Shown here one piece after another: positions 9,650 through 23,260 of a stretch of DNA of 64,000 nt (position 1 is its first letter; every line of letters begins with the position of its first letter). The stretch is from a bacterium. GTDB lineage: Bacteria > Zhuqueibacterota > Zhuqueibacteria > Residuimicrobiales > Krinioviventaceae. The notes under the pieces are model-generated. The model was not told where the DNA came from and made no database searches. It saw only the letters and a program-made list of their open reading frames with translations. The translations under genes and the position numbers were made by a program. The DNA lies in contig CAXXMD010000002.1 in the NCBI GenBank assembly GCA_963675755.2, forward strand, positions 352,001 to 416,000. The letters run 5' to 3'.

Positions 9650-10876
9650 ATGAAAAAACAAACAATTGACGATCTTGCCTTAAAGGGCAAACGCGTTATG
9701 ATGCGCGTGGATTTTAATGTTCCGCTGACTAGTGATAAAACCGTTGCGGATGATAAACGAATTGTTGCTGCATTACCATCTATAAAAAAAGTTGTGGATG
9801 AAGGCGGTAAAGCTATTTTAATGTCTCACCTGGGTCGTCCCGGTGGCCAGGTTGCTCCCGAGTTTTCATTAAAACCCGTTGCTGATCATTTGGGTACCCT
9901 GTTGGGCAAACCCGTTGTATTTGCTCCCGATTGTGTTGGCGATGAAGTTGATGCACTGGTTGCCAAAATGAATGACGGCGATGTTCTCTTGCTTGAAAAC
10001 CTGCGTTTTCATCCTGAAGAAGAAGGCAAAAAAGATGGCGCAAAAATGACCCCCGAAGAACGCCAATGGTTCATTGATGGACTTGCTAAAAATGCTGACC
10101 TGTATGTGGACGATGCTTTTGGTACTGCGCATCGCGCGCACGCATCCATGTCAGGTGTACCTGAAAAACTGGGACAAGGTGCTGCCGGTTACCTGCTGCA
10201 AAAAGAACTTGAATACTTTGCCAAAGTGTTCGATGCACCTGAACGTCCGTTGCTGGCTATTCTGGGTGGTGCCAAAGTTAGCGACAAGATCCTTGTGATT
10301 GAAAACCTGCTTGAAAAAGTCGACAGTCTTATGATCGGTGGCGCAATGGCTTATACCTTTTTAAAAGCCAAAGGCATTGCTGTTGGTAATTCACGCGTTG
10401 AAGAAGATTTTGTAGAAAAAGCAAAAGAATATATTGAAAAAGCTAAAGCTAAAAACGTAACCTTGTTGTTGCCTGTTGATCATGTTGTAGCATCAGAATT
10501 TCCCGCAGACGGTGTTGATGTAACTCCCCAGGTAACTGAAGGTGAAGCAATTGCAGACGGCATGATGGGCCTGGATATTGGTCCTAAATCAGTTGAATTG
10601 TATGTCGCCGAAGTTAAAAAATCAAAGACCGTTATTTGGAACGGACCTATGGGTGTATTTGAAGTCAAAGGTTTTGATAATGGTACTTATACACTGGCAG
10701 AAGCTATTGCAGAAGGCGATTGTGTTTCTGTTGTTGGTGGTGGTGATTCAGCAAGCGCGGCTAAAAAATCCGGTCATGGCAGCAAGTTTAGCCATATCTC
10801 TACCGGTGGTGGTGCAAGTCTTGAATTGATGGAAGGCAAGCTGTTACCAGGTGTTGCCGCTCTGACTGCTAAATAA
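9650..10876 (+). CDS. pgk: Phosphoglycerate kinase
   Basis: [54 protein letters not shown] and [11 protein letters not shown] motifs. SD AGGAG. Confidence 0.99.
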   Translation: MKKQTIDDLALKGKRVMMRVDFNVPLTSDKTVADDKRIVAALPSIKKVVDEGGKAILMSHLGRPGGQVAPEFSLKPVADHLGTLLGKPVVFAPDCVGDEVDALVAKMNDGDVLLLENLRFHPEEEGKKDGAKMTPEERQWFIDGLAKNADLYVDDAFGTAHRAHASMSGVPEKLGQGAAGYLLQKELEYFAKVFDAPERPLLAILGGAKVSDKILVIENLLEKVDSLMIGGAMAYTFLKAKGIAVGNSRVEEDFVEKAKEYIEKAKAKNVTLLLPVDHVVASEFPADGVDVTPQVTEGEAIADGMMGLDIGPKSVELYVAEVKKSKTVIWNGPMGVFEVKGFDNGTYTLAEAIAEGDCVSVVGGGDSASAAKKSGHGSKFSHISTGGGASLELMEGKLLPGVAALTAK

Positions 10877-10893
10877 AAAATATTGATTTTGTC

Positions 10894-10926
10894 AAGCCGG
10901 GTATGAAAATATCCGGCTTTTTTTTT
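10894..10926 (+). terminator. Rho-independent terminator
   Basis: AAGCCGGGTAT-gaaa-ATATCCGGCTT followed by a T-run. Confidence 0.85.
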
Positions 10927-10984
10927 GTAACATTCTACTCTTCTCCCCGTTTAAGGTGCTGTAAAAGGAATTTATGGAGGCATC

Positions 10985-11584
10985 ATGAAACGCATCATAT
11001 TAATCATATTTTTATTTTCAATTTCTGCTTTTTCCCAGGAAACACTCTTGCCCGAACATTTTGAGTCCGGTGGTTTTGGTGGCCCGGTTGTGAAATTTAC
11101 CCAGATACAGGGAGAAAATTCGGTCCTCATTGGAGGCAGGGGAGGCTGGATTATTGGTCATCAATTGATTCTGGGTGGCGGCGGTTATGGCCTTGCCAAC
11201 TCGATGGATATACCTGAATATCAAATCAATAACAAACCTGCAGAAATGCATTTTGGTTATGGTGGTCTGGAACTGGAATATATAATCCATCCGACCAATC
11301 TTGTGCATTCTTCGGTTTATTGTCTTTTTGGCGGTGGAGTAGTAGAGTATGCTGACAATGACGGCCTAAAATGGAGTGATTCGGGTGGTTATACTGCCAC
11401 AGCAATGGATGAAGTTTGGGTAATAGAACCGGCTGTGAATGCAACTGTAAATATTGCAACCTTTTTCAGGATCAGTACCGGAGTCTCGTATCGGATGGTT
11501 GGAGGAACAAAGCTTGCAGGTACCAGCAATTCTGATTTGTCCGGTGCTGCTGTAAATCTAACATTCCGGTTCGGCAAATTCTAA
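10985..11584 (+). CDS. Small outer-membrane beta-barrel protein (hypothetical)
   Basis: Signal peptide, Gly/aromatic alternating strands (GGRGGW, FGYGGLELEY, GVSYR), C-terminal FRFGKF, SD GGAGG. Confidence 0.7.
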   Translation: MKRIILIIFLFSISAFSQETLLPEHFESGGFGGPVVKFTQIQGENSVLIGGRGGWIIGHQLILGGGGYGLANSMDIPEYQINNKPAEMHFGYGGLELEYIIHPTNLVHSSVYCLFGGGVVEYADNDGLKWSDSGGYTATAMDEVWVIEPAVNATVNIATFFRISTGVSYRMVGGTKLAGTSNSDLSGAAVNLTFRFGKF

Positions 11585-11667
11585 TATATTCTTTATTACA
11601 TGAAATTGTTGGTTTTATATTTTTATAATTATGTTTATATTGTCCATTATAAAAGAGGAAATATATA

Positions 11668-12534
11668 ATGGACAATGTACTTTTAGATCAGATAAAAAGT
11701 TATCAAAAAAATGAAATAACAGAATATCATATTTATACCCGCCTATCCAAAATTGTAAAAAATAAAGAAAATTCAGAAATCCTTTTAAAAATTGGCAAAG
11801 AAGAGCTGGCTCATTATAAAAAATGGAAAGCCATTTCTGGCAAAGAAGTGAAACCCAATCGCTTAAAAATTCTTTTCTTTGTTTTTATAAGCCGCATATT
11901 TGGCTTTACCTTTGCAATCAAATTGATGGAGATGGGGGAAGAAGACGCGCAGGACAATTACGAGTTGATCATTCCGCATTACCCGGAAGCAGAACAAATC
12001 ATGCGGGAAGAGAATGAGCATGAAGAGCGTCTAATGGGGATGCTGAATGAAGAACGCTTGCATTATATCGGCTCAATTGTTTTAGGCCTTAACGATGCTC
12101 TGGTTGAATTAACAGGTGCATTGGCCGGTTTAACCCTTGCATTGCAGAATACCCGTCTTATTGCTCTAACCGGTTTAATTACCGGCATTGCTGCATCGCT
12201 TTCAATGGCTGCTTCTGAATATCTTTCCACAAAAACCGAAGAAACGGTACGCCATCCGGTCAAAGCATCTTTGTATACCGGTACGGCCTATGTTATTACT
12301 GTTACCTTGTTGATATTGCCTTATTTGTTTTTAACAAACTATTTTATTTGTCTGGCAACTACAATGCTTGTCGCAGTAATGATTATTGCATTATTTAATT
12401 ATTACGTTGCGGTAGTAGACGATGTATCTTTTAAGAAACGCTTTTTTGAAATGGCAGGACTCAGTTTTGGAGTTGCCGCATTTAGTTTTGTGATTGGTAT
12501 TCTGGTAAGACATTTTCTGGGAGTTGACATTTAA
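11668..12534 (+). CDS. Rubrerythrin/ferritin-like domain fused to a VIT1/CCC1 transporter (MbfA-like iron exporter)
   Basis: Diiron motifs EITE...EELAH and E...EENEH. VIT1 motifs VLGLNDALVE and ASLSMAASEYLS, followed by TM helices. Confidence 0.9.
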   Translation: MDNVLLDQIKSYQKNEITEYHIYTRLSKIVKNKENSEILLKIGKEELAHYKKWKAISGKEVKPNRLKILFFVFISRIFGFTFAIKLMEMGEEDAQDNYELIIPHYPEAEQIMREENEHEERLMGMLNEERLHYIGSIVLGLNDALVELTGALAGLTLALQNTRLIALTGLITGIAASLSMAASEYLSTKTEETVRHPVKASLYTGTAYVITVTLLILPYLFLTNYFICLATTMLVAVMIIALFNYYVAVVDDVSFKKRFFEMAGLSFGVAAFSFVIGILVRHFLGVDI

Positions 12535-12561
12535 GATATTTTTGTGAGCTTATTTATTTTC

Positions 12562-12590
12562 TTGCTATTCCTACCGGATTTGTATACATT
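12562..12590 (+). promoter_or_regulatory. Putative sigma70 promoter
   Basis: TTGCTA, 17-nt spacer, TACATT. It shares the TTGTATACATT -10 context with the promoter at 977-1005. Confidence 0.5.
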
Positions 12591-12631
12591 TTAATATCCA
12601 TTTTTTCATTGTTTAATAAAGGGGCACTTCA

Positions 12632-15600
12632 ATGAAAAACCTAAAATGTTTTTTTATCATTTTATTACTCACTGTCAATGTTTTTTCATTCGAACAGATT
12701 GCGCACTGGCCGGGTGGTCCCTGTCAAAGTGTTGCCATAAATGACAATTATGCTTTTATGTCAAGCGGTGGATTTCTGAGAGTTGTTGATCTGAAATCCC
12801 TGACATTGATATCCAATACAGAAGCTGCTGACCAAATTGTCTCAATGGTTGCTAACGGTAATCACCTGTATATTGCTACTGTGAGCACTGGTGTGGTGAT
12901 TTATGATGTAACTGATGGAACTGAACCCCAACAAGCAGCAATTATACCTGTATATGCTATGGACTGCTCAATCTATGGCGACAGGTTATATATTGCTTCT
13001 TCAACATACGGTCTCAGTATTTATGATATTACTGATCCTGCAAATCCGCTTTTAGTAGGAAGTGGAAATGCCTGGGGATATACCCGAGGGGTGGCCGTAA
13101 AAGGAGATTATGCGTATATCCCGCAGAGTAGCATGGGGCTAAAGGCTGTAAATATATCAGATCCTTCAGATATCTCACAGTTCTCCGAGGTTCCCATAAC
13201 AAACCGCACCGCTACTATTGTTAAAGTTTATGGTGATTATCTCTATGTAGGATCCTGGGGAGAAGATGGCTTCGAGATTTTTGATGTCTCTGATCCTGGT
13301 AATCCAGTATCCGTAAAATATGTGGATGTTAGCAGCTCTTATAAATTCGAGTTTATTGACAATTACCTGTTCCTTGCTGCAGTTGGTGATCATTTGAAAA
13401 TATATGATATAACCAATCCTGTTGAAATCACAGAGCTAATGGAATTTGATGATGTAGCTCCTTATGATGTGGCTGTAGTTAAGGATTACGTTTGTATGGC
13501 TGATCATGAAGACGGAATGTATGTACTGCCATTGGATGATGAAATGACCCCAAAGCGTATAAAATCATTTGATCTTTCATTTTCCACCTTGAAAATGTAC
13601 GCTAATGGACCACTATTATTTTTTCCAATAGGGCATGATGGATTAAGAATTTTGGATGTATCTGATCCGTTGAATATTGTTGACTATGAGCAATTTGATA
13701 TTCAGGTTTCATCTGTAGCTTTTTATAATAATCTGGCTTTTGTTACTTATAATGATAATATTCGTATTGTAGATATGTCTGATCCTTCTAATCCCCAGGA
13801 ATTATCAACCATTAAAACAACGGACAGAGGTTTGGGTGTTCTGGTCCAATATCCCTACATATTTATTTATTGTACCCAAACAGTGATCGATTCTTATCAT
13901 CTGGAAGTTTATAATATTTCTGATCCTGCTAATCCCGTCAAGTTGAGTACGTTATCCGGTGCATCTTCATATTTCACTGCAGAATATTATAACAATTATT
14001 TGTTATTGGCTTGTAATGACAATAAAGTCCATTGTGTGAATGTAGCTGATCCTGAGAATATGGAATTTGTTTCCAAATCTGTTTTTTCTGATTCTGTGTT
14101 TTATTTCTGGATGAAAGATAATTATTTGTATATGACAGATTCAAATCAGATCACAAAAACCTATGATATGACTGATCCGCTTGCGCCAGAATTTATTAGT
14201 TCCACACCAAATAGCTCACTTTATTCCAGACCTCTGTTTTATAATAACCTGGCTTACGCGAATGGTTTTATGGGCACAGACATTTATGATTTTTCCGATC
14301 CAGCTTACCCTGTGTTAAAGGGATTTATTAGTCATGGTGGATACATTGGCAGCAAGGCCATTGCAAACGGCAGGTTGTTTGTACAAAAGGTGATAATGGA
14401 AGACAAGCTGCAGATCTTTGACTTGTCACAGCCTCTTAATCCGGGTGAACTTGGACTGTTTACCGCAATAGACGGGAGCAAAGCTGTTATCGCCAAAGAT
14501 GGTATAGCTTTTATCGCAGCAAATAGTGGTGGCTTGCGGATTTTTGATTTTTCTCAAACCGATGATCCTCAAATCGCTCAAATTAAATTCTCCGGCAAGG
14601 TAGTGGATTTGGCCATGCAAAACGATTATTTATTCCTTGCCGAATCTGAATACGGAATGCATGTAGTAAATGTTTCTGATCCTGCTCATCCTGTTGTTGT
14701 TGGGGAATATCATCCCAATACCAATAGTGCCGTTGGGGATATCATCATAAATGGACAGTATGCTTATCTGACTGGCGGACCTTATAATGATGTGCTTGAT
14801 ATCAGCGATCCTGAAAATCCTGAATATGTTGCGGATATGCCAACAGCCGGTAACAATTCCCAGGGTCAGGTTTTAAACAATTATTTATATCTGGCTGATC
14901 AATATAATGGATTAAAAGTACTGGATGTTAGTGATCCGCAGAATGTCACTTTGTTAAAGACAGTTGAAACAGATGGTTATTTTATGGATGTCTGTATACA
15001 TAATAATTATGCTTATATCGCCGATATAAATAATCATTTATTGCGGGTATTTGATTTAACTGATCCCTTGAATCCAACTCAGGTTTCCTCTCTGGAATTT
15101 CCATATGCCCCGGTTAGTGATATATGTATATATGATCATTATGCTCTGGTTGCCTGTGATTACAGCGGTATTTATATTGTAGATATAGAGGACCCACTGA
15201 ATCCTGTGAATGTCGGACGTTTTTACATTTATAATGCTGAATTTACAGATGTAACGGTTGAAAATGGTTATATCTATGCAACGGATGCAGTAACTGGTGT
15301 TTACAAACTGGGTGATGAATTGATCACAGCCATTGAAGAAGCATCAGCTGCACCCCTTAGTTTTCGGTTATTCGATAATTATCCCAATCCATTTAATCCG
15401 GTAACCACCATAACCTATACATTGCCCGAACATGCTTCTGTGAAAATCGATATATTCAATATTAACGGACAGCTTGTGAAAACTTGTGTAGACATGAAGC
15501 AAGGTCCCGGAGTTCAAATTACCCAATGGGATGGTAAAACCGGGCAGGGAGTGCCTGTTTCATCAGGACTCTATTTTTACAGGATACATGCTGGTATGTA

Positions 15601-15634
15601 TACAGAAACTAAAAAGATGATGCTAATACGATAA
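12632..15634 (+). CDS. LVIVD-repeat beta-propeller protein with T9SS type A / FlgD-Ig C-terminal sorting domain
   Basis: About 20 repeats of type YAY(I/L)A...GL.I.D(V/I)SDP.NP. C-terminus NYPNPFNPVTTI...GQLVKT...SSGLYFYRI...KKMMLIR. Confidence 0.9.
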   Translation: MKNLKCFFIILLLTVNVFSFEQIAHWPGGPCQSVAINDNYAFMSSGGFLRVVDLKSLTLISNTEAADQIVSMVANGNHLYIATVSTGVVIYDVTDGTEPQQAAIIPVYAMDCSIYGDRLYIASSTYGLSIYDITDPANPLLVGSGNAWGYTRGVAVKGDYAYIPQSSMGLKAVNISDPSDISQFSEVPITNRTATIVKVYGDYLYVGSWGEDGFEIFDVSDPGNPVSVKYVDVSSSYKFEFIDNYLFLAAVGDHLKIYDITNPVEITELMEFDDVAPYDVAVVKDYVCMADHEDGMYVLPLDDEMTPKRIKSFDLSFSTLKMYANGPLLFFPIGHDGLRILDVSDPLNIVDYEQFDIQVSSVAFYNNLAFVTYNDNIRIVDMSDPSNPQELSTIKTTDRGLGVLVQYPYIFIYCTQTVIDSYHLEVYNISDPANPVKLSTLSGASSYFTAEYYNNYLLLACNDNKVHCVNVADPENMEFVSKSVFSDSVFYFWMKDNYLYMTDSNQITKTYDMTDPLAPEFISSTPNSSLYSRPLFYNNLAYANGFMGTDIYDFSDPAYPVLKGFISHGGYIGSKAIANGRLFVQKVIMEDKLQIFDLSQPLNPGELGLFTAIDGSKAVIAKDGIAFIAANSGGLRIFDFSQTDDPQIAQIKFSGKVVDLAMQNDYLFLAESEYGMHVVNVSDPAHPVVVGEYHPNTNSAVGDIIINGQYAYLTGGPYNDVLDISDPENPEYVADMPTAGNNSQGQVLNNYLYLADQYNGLKVLDVSDPQNVTLLKTVETDGYFMDVCIHNNYAYIADINNHLLRVFDLTDPLNPTQVSSLEFPYAPVSDICIYDHYALVACDYSGIYIVDIEDPLNPVNVGRFYIYNAEFTDVTVENGYIYATDAVTGVYKLGDELITAIEEASAAPLSFRLFDNYPNPFNPVTTITYTLPEHASVKIDIFNINGQLVKTCVDMKQGPGVQITQWDGKTGQGVPVSSGLYFYRIHAGMYTETKKMMLIR

Positions 15635-15642
15635 GGAATAAC

Positions 15643-16374
15643 ATGAGAACTCGTTTTTATTTGATGGTTTTATTAATAGGATTATTACTGTCATGTACTA
15701 CAGAAAAATCACCCTTTGCAGTCAATACCGATGAAACAGATGCTGAAATTGATGACCAGGCTTTAACGGCTAATACGATTTGCAGAACTGTGAATGGCCA
15801 GGAATGTGTTGTTTATTATCAGGAATATAATCTAAACAATAAAGAGGTTATTGCTCCGGATTCTGTAATATCCAGAGCTTTTACTCATATTGTAGATAAG
15901 GTTGGAAAAGAATATGCAGAACAGTATTTTACCTTGCATTCTGCAAGCCATACAGCCTATCCACGCATATGGATGACGAGTGATTCGTGCTATTATTTTT
16001 ATTATGAATACAAGGTAACTATTAATGATTATACTACAATACTACCAGTAAGGTTTTCAACAGATCTAGAAGGTGACTTGTTATCCGGTTCAAGTTTACC
16101 TGAGCGAATAGCTAATCCTAAATTGGGAATGCCCATTGCTATTAGTGATTCAGTGGCAGTTTTGTTGGCGCAGAATGATGGACTACCAGGTAGTATTGAT
16201 CCTTTTGAGATTACCTTTACTATATTAAAAAACAATAATAATGAATACACATATTGTTGGTATATTAAGAGTTTTGTATGGGGTAGAACCAGTGGACAAT
16301 ATATTAAGATTGATGCCGCAAATGGAGATTTGCTTGATAGCGGAGGCTTTATTGTTGCAACGCCTGTAGGATGA
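15643..16374 (+). CDS. Hypothetical lipoprotein (possible PepSY-like C-terminus)
   Basis: Lipobox LLSC, SD AAGGA, and C-terminal YCWYI...IKIDAANGDLL. Confidence 0.65.
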   Translation: MRTRFYLMVLLIGLLLSCTTEKSPFAVNTDETDAEIDDQALTANTICRTVNGQECVVYYQEYNLNNKEVIAPDSVISRAFTHIVDKVGKEYAEQYFTLHSASHTAYPRIWMTSDSCYYFYYEYKVTINDYTTILPVRFSTDLEGDLLSGSSLPERIANPKLGMPIAISDSVAVLLAQNDGLPGSIDPFEITFTILKNNNNEYTYCWYIKSFVWGRTSGQYIKIDAANGDLLDSGGFIVATPVG

Positions 16375-16512
16375 TTTTTTTAGTCAGTGTTTTTTGGGGA
16401 TTAATGGGATAATAGTTACACCAGGATGCTTGCCTCTCTATGTATAGGGTAGCTCGGGTGGTATTGATTCAATATTTCCGTTCTATTTATCTCGCCAATC
16501 ACATAAAAAAAG

Positions 16513-16607
16513 CGGGAATGTGTGGGAATCGAACCCACCCAGGACGGGGACACCGCCCCACAACGGGTTTGAAGCCCGCGGGCACCACCAGGTCACCTTT
16601 CATTCCC
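16513..16607 (-). tRNA. selC: tRNA-Sec (UCA anticodon)
   Basis: Reverse complement GGGAATGA...GCGGG-CTTCAAA-CCCGT, long variable arm, GTGGG-TTCGATT-CCCAC, then ACATTCCC-G. About 95 nt, discriminator G, CCA not encoded. Confidence 0.93.
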
Positions 16608-16674
16608 GTGTTTTTAATATAACAATTTTAGCAATATTTCAAATAGAATTGTTACTGATCTGTTTTAAATTTAA

Positions 16675-19965
<3,291 letters not shown>

Positions 19966-19970
19966 AATGT

Positions 19971-20005
19971 ACCCCTGCTGGTTTGATCGATCAGCAGGGG
20001 TTTTT
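19971..20005 (+). terminator. Rho-independent terminator
   Basis: ACCCCTGCTG...CAGCAGGGGT followed by TTTT. Confidence 0.85.
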
Positions 20006-20255
20006 ACTTTTAGCCAATAATTACTTAATTAGCTGCAAAATTTTAAAAATAATAAAAATATTATTTGATCTTTACAATCTAAACAACTATAATGAAATGT
20101 AAATTAATGTAACTTATAGTCTCGCCGTAATCAATACAAGCTCTTTCATTTTTTATTTAATCCGTTTGCAGTATAGTAATTTTTTACATAATTGAATCGG
20201 TTAAATGAAACTTCTTTTCATAAAAAATCACATCTAATCAAACTTGGACAGTACT

Positions 20256-23246
20256 ATGCAAAAAAACTTTTTTTTATTGTACTGCTGTATAATGTTTTTG
20301 ATTTTTCAGATTTTTGTACTTCCATCAAACGCTGCTGTAACCGGCAAAATCAGGGGGCAAGTAGTAGATTCAGCATCAGGCATGGCACTTCCCGGTGTAA
20401 ATGTTGTAATATCACATGTGTGGATAAATGGCCAGGAGGAAGTGTATGATGGAGGCTTGGGGGCAGCCACTAGTATTGATGGTGAATATTTTATTCTCAA
20501 AGTTCCGCCTGGTGTTTATTCTATTTCATCATCAATGATTGGTTACAATACCATAACCAAGCAACAAGTTCAAGTCAGTATTGACCGTACATCAGTAGTC
20601 GATTTTCAGATGGATGAGGCTACTCTGCAAGGCGAAGAAGTAGTTGTTACCGCAGGACGTGACCAAATCCAGGTTGATGTTGCTGCGACTGAAAATTATG
20701 TTACTGCGGAAGAATATCAAAATACACCTTTTGCAAACCGAGTTGAAAATGTTATAGGGCTACAATCCGGAGTGAGTGGCAATATTGTTGAGGGCCAAAT
20801 ATCTATTCGTGCTGGTGATACCCGTGAAGTTGGTCTTTTTGTAGATGGTATGTCGTTGGTGGACAAGAAATTTAATCGTCCTGTTTTCTCTGTTCAACCC
20901 GGTGTAGTGCAGGAGATCAAGGTAATGCGGAACGGGTTTAACGCCGAATACGGGCAGTCCCGCTCGGGAATTATTAATGTAATTACCAAAAATCCAGATG
21001 ATAAATACAGATTTTCAATGGACTATCAATTTACTCCCGCTCACAAACCCCATTATGGTAGAGATAAATTTGATAAAGACTATCGATGGGAATGGAGATT
21101 ACTTGACGGCCCAAACGCATTTGTTGGAGATACATTATACCTACCAGATGGAATACATCAGGATATGAAAATTTGGATGGGATGGAATAAATATGCTGAA
21201 GAATTATTATCAGATGATAATCCGGATAATGACCTGACTGCTGAAGAAGCATATGAATTATGGAAATGGCGACATCGTCCCATGGAATATGGTAATCTTG
21301 ATGGACATAATGTTGACCTCTCATTTTCGGGACCAGTACCTTTGATGCCGTGGAAAACCAATTTTCTTGCCGGTGCGAAATATCAATTCAAACCTTTGGA
21401 CTATCCTCAGTCGACTGACCATTATGATGAAAAAATGGGCTCCCTAAAAATAATATCAAATCCTTCGCCCAATATAAAGCTGACATTTAATGGTATGTAT
21501 TCTTCAGTTACCTCTGCAGCTGGCGGTAGGTTGGATGCAACCTGGGCAACAGAGACATTGATTGATTATGATGGTGTAACCCTGAGAGATTATTATCCCT
21601 ATTATTATCCTGTTATTAATCGTGAAACCAGTTTGATAGGTGCCAAGTTGGTACATACCTTGTCACCAACACTGTATTATGAAACTTTTATCAATTATTT
21701 TAATATTGGTTGGAACTTGTCCCGGGCAGATCAATCCAGTGCTGCGGATGGACGCTATTTCCATGGAAGATTATATTATGATCCGCAATCCGGTTATATA
21801 CCACGTTCCTTAGGCGTTGATGATGATGCATCAGATTTTCGAATGGCGGGTATTGATCAAACCTGGGATGATTCCTGGAATAAGCGGTTTGTTTTTAATT
21901 TTGCACTTACAAACCAGTTTCATCCCGCCCATGAACTAAAATTTGGTGTAAATGGAAACTATGATATCCTGCGTGAAGATAGAGTCTATTGGCCTAATGA
22001 AGATCCTGATAAAGAATTTATTCGTCGATACAAAGTTAAACCTTACGAGTTTGCTTCTTATATTCAGGACAAGATCGAATTTCAGGGCATGGTTGCCAAT
22101 ATTGGTTTACGTTTTGATTATTTCAATACCAACACAGACCGGCCGGATGTAACTGCAATACTCGATTATGCCAAAGACCGTGACATGTGGGAAGCAGTCA
22201 AGAATAATGAATATCCAATGATGCGGGCAAAACCTAAATATTATGTCAGTCCTCGTGTTGGTATTTCTCATCCCTTGTCTGACAAAAGTAAAGTGTATTT
22301 TAATTATGGTCATTTTGTTCAAACACCTCCCAGCCGCGATCTTTATATCCTAACATTGGATGGCGAGCGACCTGGTATTCAAATGATGGGCAATCCTGAA
22401 CTCGATTTTGAAAAAACCATTGCCTATGAGCTTGGTTTTGATATGAGTGTTAAAAGTGACTTGCAATTCCACGTAGGTGCATTTTATAAAAAGAACAGCA
22501 ATGTAGCCAATCGAATGACTTCTGCGCATCTTGATCAAAGTGTGGTTGTGGATTGGTTTGATGATATAGGTTACGCAGAAATACGTGGTCTGGAATTAGA
22601 GTTACGCAAGTCAACAGGACAGTTTTTTACCGGTTGGATAAATTATAATTATATCAAAAAAAGTAATTCTGATCTGGGTGTTCCCGGTTTGTCGGATAAT
22701 CCCATTATTACCGATGATCCATCAGTCGGCAGAAATGGTACAATCTGGGGAGTCCCAACTTCAGAGATCCGTGATATAAGCCCCAATGCCCGTGGTGTTT
22801 TATCATTACATGCACCCAGCGATTGGGGGCCAAAACTTAAAGGTTTCCCACTAGTCAGCCAAACCAGTATCAGTTTGCAAATGCATTATCAAGGTGGTGC
22901 TTTAAAAGAACATCCCAAAACGAGTTTTCAGGACATGTACCCTAATATTCGTTTTCGTGAGCTGAGTAAATTCTGGGCTGATTTACGAGTGTCTCGCATG
23001 TTCAGAGTTGCTTTTGTTAATATGGAATTATATATGGATATAAGTAATATTTTTCACTCTACTTTTCGAAATCCACCAACAGGTACAAGTGGAGAAGATT
23101 ATTATGATGATCTGTGGGAAGCAGGACGTTTAGACCATGTGGGAACAGACGAGTTGACGAATCCCATGATCCTGTTAACTGAAAATGATGATGTATATTG
23201 GGGCAGGGTCAAAGTTTTTAATTTTGGATTACGTATTAATTTATAG
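20256..23246 (+). CDS. TonB-dependent receptor with N-terminal carboxypeptidase-regulatory-like domain (module 1)
   Basis: TGKIRGQVVD...LPGVNV, plug IRAG...VDG and GFNAEYGQSRSGIINVITK, barrel motifs YIQDKIEF, GLRFDYF, SPRVGISHP, YFNYGHFVQ and GNPELDFEKTIAYELG. Confidence 0.9.
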   Translation: MQKNFFLLYCCIMFLIFQIFVLPSNAAVTGKIRGQVVDSASGMALPGVNVVISHVWINGQEEVYDGGLGAATSIDGEYFILKVPPGVYSISSSMIGYNTITKQQVQVSIDRTSVVDFQMDEATLQGEEVVVTAGRDQIQVDVAATENYVTAEEYQNTPFANRVENVIGLQSGVSGNIVEGQISIRAGDTREVGLFVDGMSLVDKKFNRPVFSVQPGVVQEIKVMRNGFNAEYGQSRSGIINVITKNPDDKYRFSMDYQFTPAHKPHYGRDKFDKDYRWEWRLLDGPNAFVGDTLYLPDGIHQDMKIWMGWNKYAEELLSDDNPDNDLTAEEAYELWKWRHRPMEYGNLDGHNVDLSFSGPVPLMPWKTNFLAGAKYQFKPLDYPQSTDHYDEKMGSLKIISNPSPNIKLTFNGMYSSVTSAAGGRLDATWATETLIDYDGVTLRDYYPYYYPVINRETSLIGAKLVHTLSPTLYYETFINYFNIGWNLSRADQSSAADGRYFHGRLYYDPQSGYIPRSLGVDDDASDFRMAGIDQTWDDSWNKRFVFNFALTNQFHPAHELKFGVNGNYDILREDRVYWPNEDPDKEFIRRYKVKPYEFASYIQDKIEFQGMVANIGLRFDYFNTNTDRPDVTAILDYAKDRDMWEAVKNNEYPMMRAKPKYYVSPRVGISHPLSDKSKVYFNYGHFVQTPPSRDLYILTLDGERPGIQMMGNPELDFEKTIAYELGFDMSVKSDLQFHVGAFYKKNSNVANRMTSAHLDQSVVVDWFDDIGYAEIRGLELELRKSTGQFFTGWINYNYIKKSNSDLGVPGLSDNPIITDDPSVGRNGTIWGVPTSEIRDISPNARGVLSLHAPSDWGPKLKGFPLVSQTSISLQMHYQGGALKEHPKTSFQDMYPNIRFRELSKFWADLRVSRMFRVAFVNMELYMDISNIFHSTFRNPPTGTSGEDYYDDLWEAGRLDHVGTDELTNPMILLTENDDVYWGRVKVFNFGLRINL

Positions 23247-23260
23247 CAGAAAGGTCACGA

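Noticed and set aside
9399-16607. Integrative element bounded by the two tRNAs
   Set aside because: The interval contains pgk, and no integrase or duplicated tRNA 3' end (att) was found.
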